In this document: positions 41,395-53,362 of the stretch, one piece after another
Position numbering within the stretch: position 1 is the first letter of the stretch
Layout: the number at the start of each line of letters is the position of its first letter
DNA from: Octopus sinensis
Lineage: Eukaryota
Length of the DNA: 64,000 nucleotides
Direction: 5' to 3'
Assembly (NCBI RefSeq): GCF_006345805.1
Contig: NC_043003.1
Span: forward strand, 81,530,001-81,594,000
The notes under the pieces: generated by a model
What the model was told of the DNA's origin: nothing
Databases searched by the model: none
What the model saw: only the letters and a program-made list of their open reading frames with translations
Translations under genes and position numbers: made by a program

Positions 41395-41945
41395 TTGCAT
41401 GAGTGCCATCCACGCATCATTAGCACTGACCATGATCACAATTTCACTTAGTTTGATGCATCTTCTCAAAACACAGCAATCCATCAGAAGTCCCTGTCAT
41501 AAGGCGGCGAACTGGCAGAAACGTTAGCGCGCCGGGCAAAATGCTTAGCGGTATTTCGTCTGCTATTACGTTCGGAGTTCAAATTCCGCCAAGGCCGACT
41601 TTGCCTTTCATCTTTTCGGGGTCGATATAATGGACTTAATCCATTTGTCTGTCCTTGTCTGTCCTCTCTGTGTTTAGCCCCTTGTGGGCAGTAAAGAAAT
41701 AAGAAGTCCCTGTCACTTGTCATTTCCTCCATGAAACTCACCATCCAAATATCACATTTCTCCACCCTGGCTCATGTCTTCCTGGGTCTACCTCATCCAC
41801 AGGTTCCTTCTACAATTAGTGATTGGCACTTCTTAATGCAGCTGTCCCTATTCATATGCCTTACATGACGATACCACTACAGTCTTCTCTCCTGCACACT
41901 ACATCTGTGACCTCTTATACCCAATTTTTCTCTTGAGACACTTAA
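41395..41945 (-). mobile_element. Decayed RTE 3' fragment interrupted by a SINE
   Basis: gtcttcctgggtctacctcatccacagg... corresponds to the RGRPRK motif of the RTE ORF end. Confidence 0.6.
41500..41701 (+). mobile_element. SINE family B with a 14-bp target-site duplication
   Basis: agaagtccctgtca at 41486-41499 and 41702-41715 flanks the copy, which is inserted in an RTE relic. Confidence 0.9.
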
Positions 41946-42848
41946 GACACTAAAACTTTGTTGTATCACACCCTGGAAATACTTCTGACAATAAATAAAA
42001 TAAGAACCAAGGTTAGTACGATCAATTATTCCTTCCCCAAAACTTTGACGTCTTATGGCTATGTGAAAAACAAATTTGTCTTAAACAGAAACCAAATAAA
42101 GAAGATTATAATGCATACACATGCATAAGTATCAGTTCCCCATGTACTCCTGACCATACAGAGCAGCAGGTTGAAGACACATATAATGAATTTCTATATC
42201 TACATTAATATCTGTCACTCTGAACACACACACATGAACAAATATCTGTCACTCTGAACACACACAAGAACAAATATTTATATTAACTGGAGAAGAATGC
42301 AGGATACTAGAGATTTAGAGATTAAATCTGTAATTAAATTTCTAACCATAAGATATTTTCAGCCTTACTTGTGTAATGTTGGCCATGTACATTAATTAGC
42401 CAGTGCACCAACACAGCATATTTGAGATTAAATTAGTAAAGTCTAAAGTATAACTTTTAGCATTGAAAAATACGTCCTATAATTAAACCATGTGAAGGCT
42501 TGTCTCATTGGCCTAATTGAAAGCACTGAAATAGAATCAAAGAAACTCATCAGCTGATTGGAAAGATTGTTAGGTGCCTATAGAATAGATGACGGTTCAG
42601 AAGAGAGTAAGTTTCTTATTAGCTATTACAACTAAACTTTGTTAACACCACATTAATGGCTAATTGTATCATCTATGAGCAAGGAGGAAACTCAATAAAT
42701 GATATTAAAGTATGACTCAGCTGGCTTCATCTGTCATATGAAGTTGAACATCATATGGAAAAGCTGTTGCATCAATCTTCCAAAAAAGTACGCTCTACAT
42801 GCCACCAAACATCCTGTGAAGCAAGAACTACAAACCACCATGAAAGGT

Positions 42849-43164
42849 GGTACAGGCATATATCCTGTCACATCTCCCTTGGTACAGGCATATATCCTGT
42901 CACTTATTACAGGCATATATCCTGTCACATCTCCCTTGGTACAGGCACATATCCTGTCACTTGGTACAGGCATATATCCTGTCACATCTCCCTTGGTACA
43001 GGCATATATCCTGACACTTGGTACAGGCATATATCCTGTCACATCTCCCTTGGTACAGGCATATATCCTGTCACTTAGTACAGGCATATATCCTGTCACA
43101 TCTCCCTTGGTACAGGCATATATCCTATCACTTGGTACAAGCATATATTCTGTCACATCTCCCT
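42849..43164 (+). repeat. Tandem array: 11 copies of a 23-bp core with alternating 9-nt and 2-nt linkers (57-bp higher-order unit)
   Basis: Core ggtacaggcatatatcctgtcac, followed alternately by atctccctt (6 times, last one partial) or tt (5 times). Confidence 0.95.
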
Positions 43165-43469
43165 GTTTAAAACTATTCTTCAAAACACAGGTACAAGAGA
43201 TGAAGGAGAGGCAGGTAGAGTAACTTCTGATCCAATAACATCAAAGACTGAAAAGATCACAACATTGTGGCACATCTGTATGTGACAGAAAACAGGAACT
43301 AGCGAAGAATTTTCATTGCTAGTGCAACAAGAATGGTACCTAATGATAAGCTGTACCAGTCACAGGGAAATAATAATTATAGTGATATATCATTTTTGAA
43401 TTTAATTTGCAAGAACTGTGATCCATGATTGTACGTTGCAATTGATATTACTATACTTTAGGAGGCTCA

Positions 43470-44330
43470 TACATACTCAATAAACATACTGAGTGGTTGT
43501 GGCTCAGTTCAGGTTTAATTTTATTGTCAGACATTTTTCATCCCATATAATTGTGGCATTTTCTATAATTTCAAACCTTCCAACTGATTTGTTTTTGCAT
43601 GTTATATTGTCAGAAATATCACCTTCATGTTTATATTGTCAAGCATGTAAGTGTGTTATCGTGGTAGAGTTATTTTTTTCGCTGTCTATATATTTTCATT
43701 AGCTTGTTCTTTTTTTATTGATGCCAATCTATGACAGCATGTGTTTGAGTTTGGTATGTGGGGTATGTAGTATGATTTGTAGTTATTTCTGCTAATGGTT
43801 GGTGTGTTTGGTGGCTGACTTTAGTTGGCTTCAATTTTATTGTATCCTCATTGGAATATCGTTATTCCATTCCTTCTTTCTAATGAGCATCTGAGTGATG
43901 TCAGAATCTACTTCCAATACGCATACAGTCTCTGTAACTGGTTGTAATGTTTGATGTTTTAGATGTGAGAAAGTAATTTTTATCATAACAATGTTTGTTT
44001 ATGCATTGTATGATGGTAGCATGTGAATGTATATTTCTTTCCATTCATTTCAAATCAGATTTCTCCAATTTCTCATTACACCGCAGGCCATTTCCCTTAT
44101 ATAGGTTATAGTGGTGTCTCTACAGTGCTCTTCTATAAATGAATTTCATGTGGTGCACCACATTCTTAGTTTTGCAGTTTATTTGTGTGTTTGTTGGGAT
44201 ACTTTGCAATAGTCAGTGTGAGGTTTTTCCTTCGTTGGATACAGCTTGCTTAATAATTACTTGAATCAGCTTCTTTTCTATCAGTTTCATTTTAAATTTC
44301 ATTTCATGTGATGCATTCCTAAATTTGTGA
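43470..44330 (-). mobile_element. Possible highly decayed Penelope-like ORF (RT end / GIY-YIG region)
   Basis: Faint remnants such as RKNNSTTITH; compositional similarity only. Confidence 0.25.
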
Positions 44331-45299
44331 GCCAGCTCACCTCTGGAATTTTTTTGTCCCACCATGAGCTTTCTTTGTTAGTTTTTTCTTTTCCTTTCCA
44401 TCTTGTTCCAGAATCTATTTTAGTACATGGGGGATACTTCATTTCTATCGTTGCTGTTGATGATTTTGAACTTCTTAGTTTCTCTATACACTCTAATTCA
44501 AGTTTTTTATTTGTATCTGGAAAACAGATAAAATTCTAAGCATATTTCCCATTTCACAGGTTGTACACATACAGACTGCATATCTCATCACATCACCCTT
44601 ACTACTTTTCAATTAAGATGTTTATTTTTACATTTATTGACATAGAGTTGTAGGTGACTAGGTGATTAGTGGCCACAGCTTTCACATAATATCAGTAGAA
44701 GAGTTATGCTTGCTACCTATGATTTCTAACCATAGCTCACTATCTAGAACAGGTAGTAATTTATTGAAGTATTTGGATATGAAGCAGATGATCATGTAGA
44801 TGCTCTGTTGGATGATCTTTGATATATTCTATATTTTATTGTGATATCAGAACTAGTGAGATTGCCTTGTACTTCACAAGACTAAAGAGTCATCATCATT
44901 ATTTAGTGTCATCTCAGTTTGTCGAAAGCAATATCAACAAGAGGGTGATGACAGAGGATGAACTAAGGTGGGAGGAGATAGAAGTGAGAGTATGCTGGGA
45001 GAAAGAGAGAGTGTTAGATGTATGATTGGTCTTCTCCAGCACTGCATTATGTCTCCAACCATCGCAGCGTTTTGACATCTCCATGTGGCTCAATATTTTA
45101 AGATCATTCTTTCCTATTTCATTATACATGTAGAGGCATGTAATGCATATAGAGGCTGACAGCTGGATAGAGATATGCCAAATGCTTAAAGTGGATGGAA
45201 CTTGTAGAAATGGGAGGCCTAGGAAAACATAGACAGTCTTATTCTTCCACAGGTTTCTTCCAGCTTGGGTATTAGGCACATTTGGCAGCCTTTGTAGTC

Positions 45300-45680
45300 A
45301 TTACATGCCAGTATCAGTGAAGTAACCCTCTTGTACTCTACATTTAATTTCTCTTAACCAGTTTTCTCTCAACTCATATGTATTCTGTTGCTCATGCACA
45401 CAAACATTAAATATCCAATGGAGTATACTCACATTGTTTCTTTTCTGGTCTTTACAAAGCCTCTGCATTTTAGGCCAATATCTGGCTACCAAATAGTATC
45501 ATACATCATATGAAAGCACTATAAAATTTACCTTCCAATCTTGAGAGAATGCCATTGTTGCCAGCAAAAGTGATAACTCCCTGAAATTCACTGCTGTTAG
45601 TAGTCTTAGCTTCACTGGTAATTAGACCGGCCAGGTAACAAAAGTTGTCAACTAGTTCTTGGAACACTTCTGAACAATTC
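45300..45680 (-). mobile_element. Decayed RTE ORF2 fragment
   Basis: Minus-strand FRELSLLLA...; about 170 bp shared with 61895-62068. Confidence 0.6.
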
Positions 45681-46574
45681 AAGGAGTTTATTTCCTATGT
45701 ATTCATGCTACTTACTATTATTCTTGTGCCCCTGCAAGTTATGAAATCCTTCTTCTCTGAGATCCTACTATATCTCTCATACATCTGTAGATTATGCTGA
45801 GCACAACATATGGGAATTTCTCCCTATGCTTTTTCTGTATACTGACAATTTTGTTTTATTTTTGTTTTTTAGACATTAAAATGTGCTACCTATCTTAAAT
45901 GACAGAAATTTTAATCATGTCAGCAAAAAACAAGTGTTGATGGATGATAAATATGGAGATTGAGGGAGAGTAGGTGACAACTGTAAAAAAAGAGTAGGTT
46001 TGAGGGATGTATGTAGTAAATGAGGAATAGGAAGTGACCAGTGATACAGATAAGTTGGTAGAGGTAGAGCGTAGTAAGAGAAAACTAAGAGTGCAAAAAC
46101 AAAGGTGAGGGATGATGAGCAACAGGGTGATAATAATGATATAGTAAACAGCAGAAGAATGTGAGAGAAAGAGTGAAAGAGAGAGAGAGAGATGATCCAT
46201 GGTTGAACAGGTTGCAAGAGCATGTGGAGTATGTAGGTATAATGTAGACATAGTGAAAGGGTGGGGGAGAAATGTATGGTGTCAGAGAAAGGAAAATAAT
46301 TTGGTGCCTCAGGAAGTTGATAAAAGAAAAATTCGGGTGAAGAGGACAGTATTGAGAATGAAGGATAGATATCAGCTGAAATGGTCCTAGATAGTTAGAA
46401 AGATGAGTGGTATCAGTGAAAACCTGGTGAAGCATGCAGTTCTGCTCACTTATAATTACAGTACCAGAATACTGCAGCTAAAGAGAGAAGATGGATGGCT
46501 GGGATGTCTTGAGAAAGACATTGGGTGAATGAGGTACCAATTCTTCACAAATACACACACACATGCATGCATAC

Positions 46575-46985
46575 ACACATACATGCATATACATAGTCTT
46601 CTTCCAGAATCTCATGAACATCCAGATGGGTGGGTCTTCTTTGGGAACTGCAAATCACAAGTCATCCCAGACCTTTGTCATCTTCTCCACGAGGATCAAG
46701 GTCCTTAGGTTAGCCTTCACAACTTTGTCCCATATTTTCCTGGGTCTCCCTCTTCTGCAGGCTCCATCCACATTACTTGATAAGTACTTCTTTTTACAGC
46801 TGTCCCAATATTCATCTATATGCACCACATGTCCATATCAGCGCAGTCTTCTTCCTTACACACTACATCAGATTCCTTTTATGCCGAGGTTTCTCTCAAT
46901 ACAGTGGTACTTTTTGTTTATGTACACTTATGCTCCATATTAAATGAAGCATGCACATGCTAGCTTTATTTCCTTTCAAGTGCTA
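46575..46985 (-). mobile_element. Decayed RTE ORF2 C-terminal fragment
   Basis: attttcctgggtctccctcttctgcagg (RGRPRK) and cagcgcagtcttcttcc (RRLR*YG). Confidence 0.65.
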
Positions 46986-47069
46986 ACAACACTACCACCA
47001 TCTTAACCTCTACTTTTCATGCTTACATAGGTTAGATAACATTCACTGAAGCAGATGTTTTTATGGCCT

Positions 47070-47311
47070 ATTTCCCTATTTCTTTACTACCCACAAGGGG
47101 CTAAATGCAGAGGGGACAAACAAGGACAGACAAATGGATTAAGTCAATTACATCGACCCCAGTGCGTAACTAGTACTTAATTTATCGACCCTGAAAGGAT
47201 GAAAGGCAAAGTCGACCTCTGTGGAATTTGAACTCAGAACATAATGGCAGACGAAATACGGCTACACATTTCGCCCGGCATACTAACGTTTCTGCCAGCT
47301 CGCCACCTTCA
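47070..47311 (-). mobile_element. SINE family B, full length
   Basis: Reverse complement of family B; imperfect TSD tggcc.atttccc. Confidence 0.85.
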
Positions 47312-49437
47312 GTGGCCAATTTCCCATTCCCTGTGACAGGACGTGTATATGTTGAAAAGTGGAAATGAACACTTCTTGTGTGACTGTGACTTATTTATTT
47401 ATGAATATTGTATAATGTCAAGACAAGGAGACAGAAAAGCCCAACATTCATGCAAGCATACACACAAACATACATGCATATATATATATATATATATATA
47501 TACACACCAAGCCCATTCACAAGGCTTTGGTTGGCTCAGAACAATGATTGAAGATAAATAGGGGCTGAACCTGAAACATCATAGTTTGTAAACTGATTTC
47601 TTAACCATACAACTTAGCCTGCTTCTTTTATATGTGTGTGACTCTGTGTGTGTGTATGTGCATGTGAATATACATGCATTTGTGTATGTGTGTGTTTGTG
47701 TATGTTTCTATGTATATCTCTACACTTACATATAAATGCAAGCATATTCACACAATTATGTTTAAATGGAGTGAAAACATTTTATATCGGTAAGAATGAA
47801 TTATTTCTGTATGTATTTGTTGATATGTATATATATATATGTGTGTGTGTTATATCACTTTACAAAATAGACCTAAACCCATTACATAGTTTTTGGCTTA
47901 TCGGTGAAGTCACAAAAAATACATAAATTTAAAGAGACCATGAAAGAAAGGTCAATGAGAAGTCAGTAAAAAATTATTAAAATTTATATCCTGTATGAAA
48001 GAAACAAAATTATAAAAGAAAGAAATTTGCTGTTATTCATTGAGATTTTCGTTTATTGTTGTAATCATTATTATTATTATTCTTATTTAATATTATTATT
48101 ATTTTATTATTATTATTATTATCATCATTATCATTATTGTTGCTGCTGCTGTTGTTGTTGTTATTCTGTTCGCATCTTTAAGAATAAAAACTGAAAAAAT
48201 GTTGTAATTGATTTCTGTGAAATACAATGAATTTCAGTATAAAAAGATATTTGAAATGAAAAGGTATGACCATTAGCTGTCTCTGTAACTATTGTTGAAC
48301 AGGTCTATCCTTTATGGTTGGCAGCAAAAAGACACTGGAAAAGATGGTAGAGATTAAAAAAAGTATTAACATTTCTAAGATTTATTATTATTGTGGTTTT
48401 ATTGTTAGGTTTATGGATTTGATGCAAATGATAGTAAGCTAGATTTAATATTTTGTTTTATCAAGTTTGATTTCACACTGTTCTGAGTTCAAGTCACACA
48501 TTGAAATAAAATCTATATTGATCAAGTCAAGAAGGGTACTTTTACTTCATGTGTTCAGCCTGATAATATTCTCCTTTAATTTAACACCATACTATCTTTA
48601 AAAGTAATTAGTTTTTTGTACACACTCTACTCAACTTTTTCTGCTCTCTAGCTATCAACCCCAACCCCTAACATCCATTTCATCTGGATATTTCCTCATC
48701 CTTACTTTTCCTCCTATCTTTAAACCCAGTTATTTACAAAGTTTATTTAGTAATTTTTTTCTCGGTGCAGACGATCGCTAGTTACTCCAGATATGGGGCT
48801 CATACTTGTTGCATAAACTGACAAAAAAAGGCACTAAGTTATAAAGAAAATGAACAAACTAAAATTTCTCTCAATTTCTCCATTTCCTCAAAACTTATAA
48901 GAACGAATATTTCTTTTTGTAATGTTAATGCAAGTGGCAGACATTTATAAAATTAAATGAACTAAAAAGGAAATGACTGATTCCTTGAAAAGCAATACAA
49001 ATAGTATTTTGAAGAAGTGTATTCTAAATTACCATCACTTGAATTTTTTCCAGTCTTCATTTTTTTTTGTCATTTTAAGTAGACTTGGAGCAATATGAAC
49101 TCAGCATATCATTATGATTGATGTAAACTGGTTTTCAAGTACTAGAAGCATATTATAGTATGCTACTTGTATATATATTCTTTTTCATTTCCAAAGCATA
49201 GCAAAGATGAAGTCTTAAGTCAATTTTGTTATTTGCATTAAGAGCAGAAAGATGTCAAATGCATCACAATTATAATTTAGCCTAACAAACAATCATTGAA
49301 AAATATTGACCTGTCTTATTTGAAGTTCAAATGTCTTTAGATGCATATACTATAGATGTAGCCAGTACATGTTAGAAATAGTTTATATGGTAAGAGTGAA
49401 ATAACTTATTCTTGTCTTCACAGAAATAGTTTCTTAC

Positions 49438-49552
49438 CTGGTCTACAATTCTATAATATTACTATCATTCCTCCTGTATTATGGTTAAGTTCATAGCTGC
49501 AGTGTGGAAGTAAGCTCTTGAAAATCTGAGTCAGTGTTACAATTTTTGATAC
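49438..49552 (-). pseudogene. Candidate exon VSKIVTLTQIFKSLLPHCSYELNHNTGGMIVIL*NCRP
   Basis: Acceptor tttcttactag, donor CAG|gtaaga; a single in-frame TAG at 49451-49453. Confidence 0.4.
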
Positions 49553-50000
49553 CTAGTAAGAAATACTTTCTTTTACTGGTGTCTTTAATTCCTTTCAGAA
49601 AATTATGGACAACACTCTTCCTCTTCTCTAAAATTAGCAAGCAAGGTACAGGCATGGCTGTGTGGTAAGAACTTTGATTCCCAGCCACATGGTTCTGGGT
49701 TTAGTCCCACTGCATGGCACCTTGGGCAAGTATCTTCCACTAGAGCCTTAGGTGAACAAAGTCTTATGAGTGGATTTAGTAGACAGCATTTTAAAGAAGT
49801 CTGTTGTATATATATATATATATATATAATAAAATATTAGGGAATAAATCCAAATTTACAGGGAAAAATCAGATTTAGGATTGAAACCAATTTTATAGTA
49901 AAATATTATATAATATTAATTAGAGACAAAACCACTATTTTGTAAATCAAACAAGGAAAGACTTAATCAATACATAAAAAAATTTTAATATAAAGTAAAT

Positions 50001-50054
50001 AAATCGCCACTACAATTGTTTCCTGTCTTCAAATGACATTCATCAGGTGGATTT
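50001..50054 (-). ncRNA. Minimal type I hammerhead ribozyme, mirror copy
   Basis: Exact reverse complement of 50108-50161 within the perfect palindrome. Confidence 0.8.
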
Positions 50055-50107
50055 CATATCTTCCATTCAATTTAAAGTTAATAACTTTAAATTGAATGGA
50101 AGATATG

Positions 50108-50161
50108 AAATCCACCTGATGAATGTCATTTGAAGACAGGAAACAATTGTAGTGGCGATTT
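50108..50161 (+). ncRNA. Minimal type I hammerhead ribozyme (Penelope-type)
   Basis: aaatccac-CTGATGA-aTGTC atttgaa GACAg-GAAA-caattg-TA-gtggcgattt. Conserved core; stem I ccac/gtgg plus aaat/attt; 4-bp stem II; palindromic stem III; GUA cleavage triplet (cut after 50151). Confidence 0.8.
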
Positions 50162-50489
50162 ATTTACTTTATATTAAAATTTTTTTATGTATTGATTAAG
50201 TCTTTCCTTGTTTGATTTACAAAATAGTGGTTTTGTCTCTAATTAATATTATATATATATATATATATGTTTCTGTCTGTTTGACCTCTGCTTGACAAAT
50301 GGTATCAGTGTGTTTATGTTCTTGTAACTTAGTACCAGGCTTAACAAAAATAGTACTAGGAAGAATTCATTCAACTAAAAGTTCTTTACGGCAGTACCTC
50401 AGCATAGTTGCAGTCTGAAACAAGTGAAAGATAAATTGAAAAGAAAAGACGCTAAAACTAGTGAGAAAAATCCGAGACAGTATACTCAC

Positions 50490-50545
50490 ATTAAAAGCTA
50501 TATGTTTTCCTTGGAGATTCATTAGGAATGATTTTAACTTATACT
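50490..50545 (-). CDS. Candidate exon YKLKSFLMNLQGKHIAFN
   Basis: Acceptor caactccag, donor AAT|gtgagt; only one frame is open. Confidence 0.4.
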
Positions 50546-50604
50546 CTGGAGTTGATTAAGTTACTTCTCTCTTACAAATGCCTTTATAGTATTAAAATTT
50601 TATA

Positions 50605-51301
50605 GTACTAAACACTGTGGTTGTATAGGGTTTGTTGTTTCAATGTCAGTCAAGAGAACAAGAACAACAGCTGTAATCTTTGGAGACACCTTCAGACTAT
50701 TGAATATGCTTGAAGATATATTGGATTGTGGGGTGGCTATACTTTATCCTCCACCTCCTCCTCCTCACCCTCGTCGTCATCGTTTCACCATCAATCATCT
50801 TCTCCATCTTCATCTTCTTCAATTTCTTCATCTTCTGCATCATCTTCTCCTTCATTTTCTTCATCTTCTTCTTCTCCATCATCTTCTTCATCATCATTTT
50901 TTTCTTCATTTTCTTCATCTTCTTCTTCTGTACATCCACCTGTTTCTTCCCTTAACTCATCCTTCTCATGTTCCCTTTCCTCTAACACAATCTCTGCATC
51001 CTCCCCTAACTGTTTCTCTCGTGCCTTCTCCTCTATCTCGTCCCCTCTGCCACCTCTTCATATGCCACATCCTTCTCCTCCTTTTCCTCTTGTCTTCATC
51101 TTCACCATTGTTGTCATGAAGCTATGTGCATCCTCCTCAGGTTGTATGAAATTCATTGGTTTTAGCTCAAAAGGCAACGAACTGATAGAACTACTGAATG
51201 AGCTGAAGGAAGAGGATGGGAGTTGTAAGATATTAATTGAGGAGGACATAGGTTCAGATTTTATAGTACATTTAGATGAAAGACTTCTGGTGATAACCAT
51301 A
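50605..51301 (-). pseudogene. Large Ser-rich then acidic exon with multiple frameshifts
   Basis: The phase-2 acceptor ctaatcgtaaattactag|T opens directly into MVITRSLSSKCTIKSEPM. The D/E-rich reading then jumps between frames and hits stops. Confidence 0.45.
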
Positions 51302-51499
51302 CTAGTAATTTACGATTAGCTAATATACAACAACCAAGAAAATATAGGGCATATTTTGTTGACATTTTACTGTTTCTACTAACATCAAAAATGCTCATGG
51401 GCACCCTCAGGGTATAAGTTTTCAGGTATGACAGGTAGCCTAAATTGTGGGGGCTCTGTAGATTGCTCTATTTGTTAGTCATTTTAAAAATTATACATA

Positions 51500-51790
51500 G
51501 GTGCAGGTGTTGCTGAGTGGTAAGAAGCTTGCTTCCTAACCACATGGTTCTGGGTTCAGTCCCACTATGTGACACTTTGAGCAAGTATCTTCTGCTATAG
51601 CCTCAAGGTGACCAATGCTATTGTGAGTGGATTTTGCAGATAGAAACTAGTATAAGTCGTATATATATGTATGTATGTGTGTGTGTCTGTGTTTGCACAC
51701 TACTATTGGTTGACAACTGGTGTTGGTATGTTCACATCTATGTAATTGGGCAGTTTGGCAAGAGAGAGCAATAGAATAAGTGTTAGGCTT
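51500..51790 (+). mobile_element. SINE family A, 3'-truncated
   Basis: Head and body are collinear with family A. Confidence 0.8.
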
Positions 51791-51816
51791 ATCAACAATA
51801 GAATAAGTAATGTCAG

Positions 51817-52230
51817 TGAGCTGGCAGAATTGTTAGCACGCTGGGCGAAATGCATTGCCATATTTCGTCTGCTGTTACGTTCTGAGTTCAAATTCCACCG
51901 AGGTCGACTTTGCCTTTCATCCTTTCGGGGTCGATTAGATAAGTACCAGTTACGCATTGGGGTCGATATAATCGACTTAATCCATTTTTCTGTCCTTGTT
52001 TGTCCCCTCTGTGTGTAGGCGCTTGTGGGCAGTAAAGAAATAGGTATTTTGTCTGCCACTACATTCTGAGTTGTAATTCTGCTAAGGTTGACTTTACCTT
52101 TCATTCTTCCGGGGATAGATAAATTAAGTACCAGTTACGCACTGAGGTCGATGTAATCAACTTAATCCATTTGTCTGTCCTTGTTTGTCCCCTCTATGTT
52201 TAGCCCCTTGTGGGCAATAAAAAAATAAGA
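51817..52230 (+). mobile_element. SINE family B, tandem (one full copy plus one partial)
   Basis: Two collinear family B units. Confidence 0.8.
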
Positions 52231-52609
52231 ATAAGTATCAGTGTGAATTCATTCAACAACAAATTCCTCAAAGTGGTGCTCCAGCATGGCTGCAGTCTAA
52301 TGACTGAAGCAAGTAAAGAAAATCACTAAGGAATTAGAGTTTTATACATTTATTATACGTGTTGAATTTATATCAAAGTTTTAATAGTGTTTTGGACACA
52401 GTGACAGCATTGACCTCTGGCTCATTGTTACTTTTATTGCTTAATGTGGGTAGGTGGTCAGCATTAACATGTCTTTTGGTATTATTCATTTCAGTTCACT
52501 AATTATTACTCCATGCTTTCATTGCATAACTGAGTACAACCCAATAACTTGAGTATACGGAAATATGATTTTAAATTAATTTCGCTCTCTTTCTTTATGT
52601 TTTCCTCAC

Positions 52610-52764
52610 CATCTTTTTGTTTTGTAATGTTCTATTCTCCTAATGTCCTGGCGACCAATAAATGAGATAATTTTGTTATTTTTATTATAATCCTCCTCCA
52701 CTTCTTCTTCATCATCATCATTTTCATCAACATCATTATTATTATATACGTGATATTTTGTTTC
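52610..52764 (-). CDS. Candidate exon ETKYHVYNNNDVDENDDDEEEVEEDYNKNNKIISFIGRQDIRRIEHYKTKR
   Basis: Acceptor ttctcctag, donor ATG|gtgagg; 155 nt fully open, phase 0-2; 239-nt intron to the previous exon. Confidence 0.55.
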
Positions 52765-53003
52765 CTAGGAGAATCAATTTCTTTGGAATATATTTATGGA
52801 AATCTCATACTACAGTTTGCCATTAGCTTGATTGTAGGTTGGTCATTTTGACAGCTAAACATCACTTTCGTGAGTGACCATTTACTATTTTCTGACTGGA
52901 ATATATTTTATAGACTTGTAGCAGACATTCTTAGAATACATGGAATCAAACAGTCGGTTAGCAATAGTGTCTTTGCTGACATATCTTGTACTAAATTACT
53001 TAC

Positions 53004-53122
53004 AACATAACAAAATAATTTGTTTTCAACATTTATCTTGTCCATGCTTAAATTGATGAGGTTGGCCTCTGAAACACTACTCTTCATACAAATAAAACAC
53101 TGGAAAAGATTATAGAAATCTC
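53004..53122 (-). CDS. Candidate exon (G)DFYNLFQCFICMKSSVSEANLINLSMDKINVENKLFCYV
   Basis: Branch point and acceptor ctaacttgccag, donor GTT|gtaagt; open, phase 1-0; lies inside track ORF 52908..53129. Confidence 0.55.
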
Positions 53123-53362
53123 CTGGCAAGTTAGTAAAAGTGTAGATAGAATAACTTTTATTGAGTTTTATAGGTGGTGGTAGTTCTTGTTAACAACAGT
53201 TCTTCTGGTTCTATATATTTAAAAACACATGAATTGTTATAATGTGCGGTGTGTGGTGATAATTGGTTGGGCTGATGTATTAATATTTTGTTTTAATCAA
53301 GTTTTACAGATTTAATATAGTTATTAATTACCTTGTAGACGAGTCAATTTCAATTTGTGGGT

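Larger units (their letters stand above)
49828..50255. mobile_element. Penelope-like fold-back insertion with a perfect 174-bp-arm palindrome (49907-50080 / 50082-50255)
   Basis: The arms are exact reverse complements around A50081. There is an unpaired extension at about 49828-49906. Inserted in the (TA)n tract of a SINE. Confidence 0.75.
49645..50430 (+). mobile_element. SINE family A split by the hammerhead palindrome
   Basis: Head at 49645-49810 and tail at 50256-50430; the insertion sits in the internal (TA)n tract. Confidence 0.8.

Noticed and set aside
42849-43164. CRISPR-like repeat-spacer array
   Set aside because: The linkers are only 2 or 9 nt, repeat rather than being unique, there are no cas genes, and the context is eukaryotic.
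50726-51319. 197-aa Ser-rich plus-strand ORF
   Set aside because: Antisense shadow of GAA/GAT-rich minus-strand codons.
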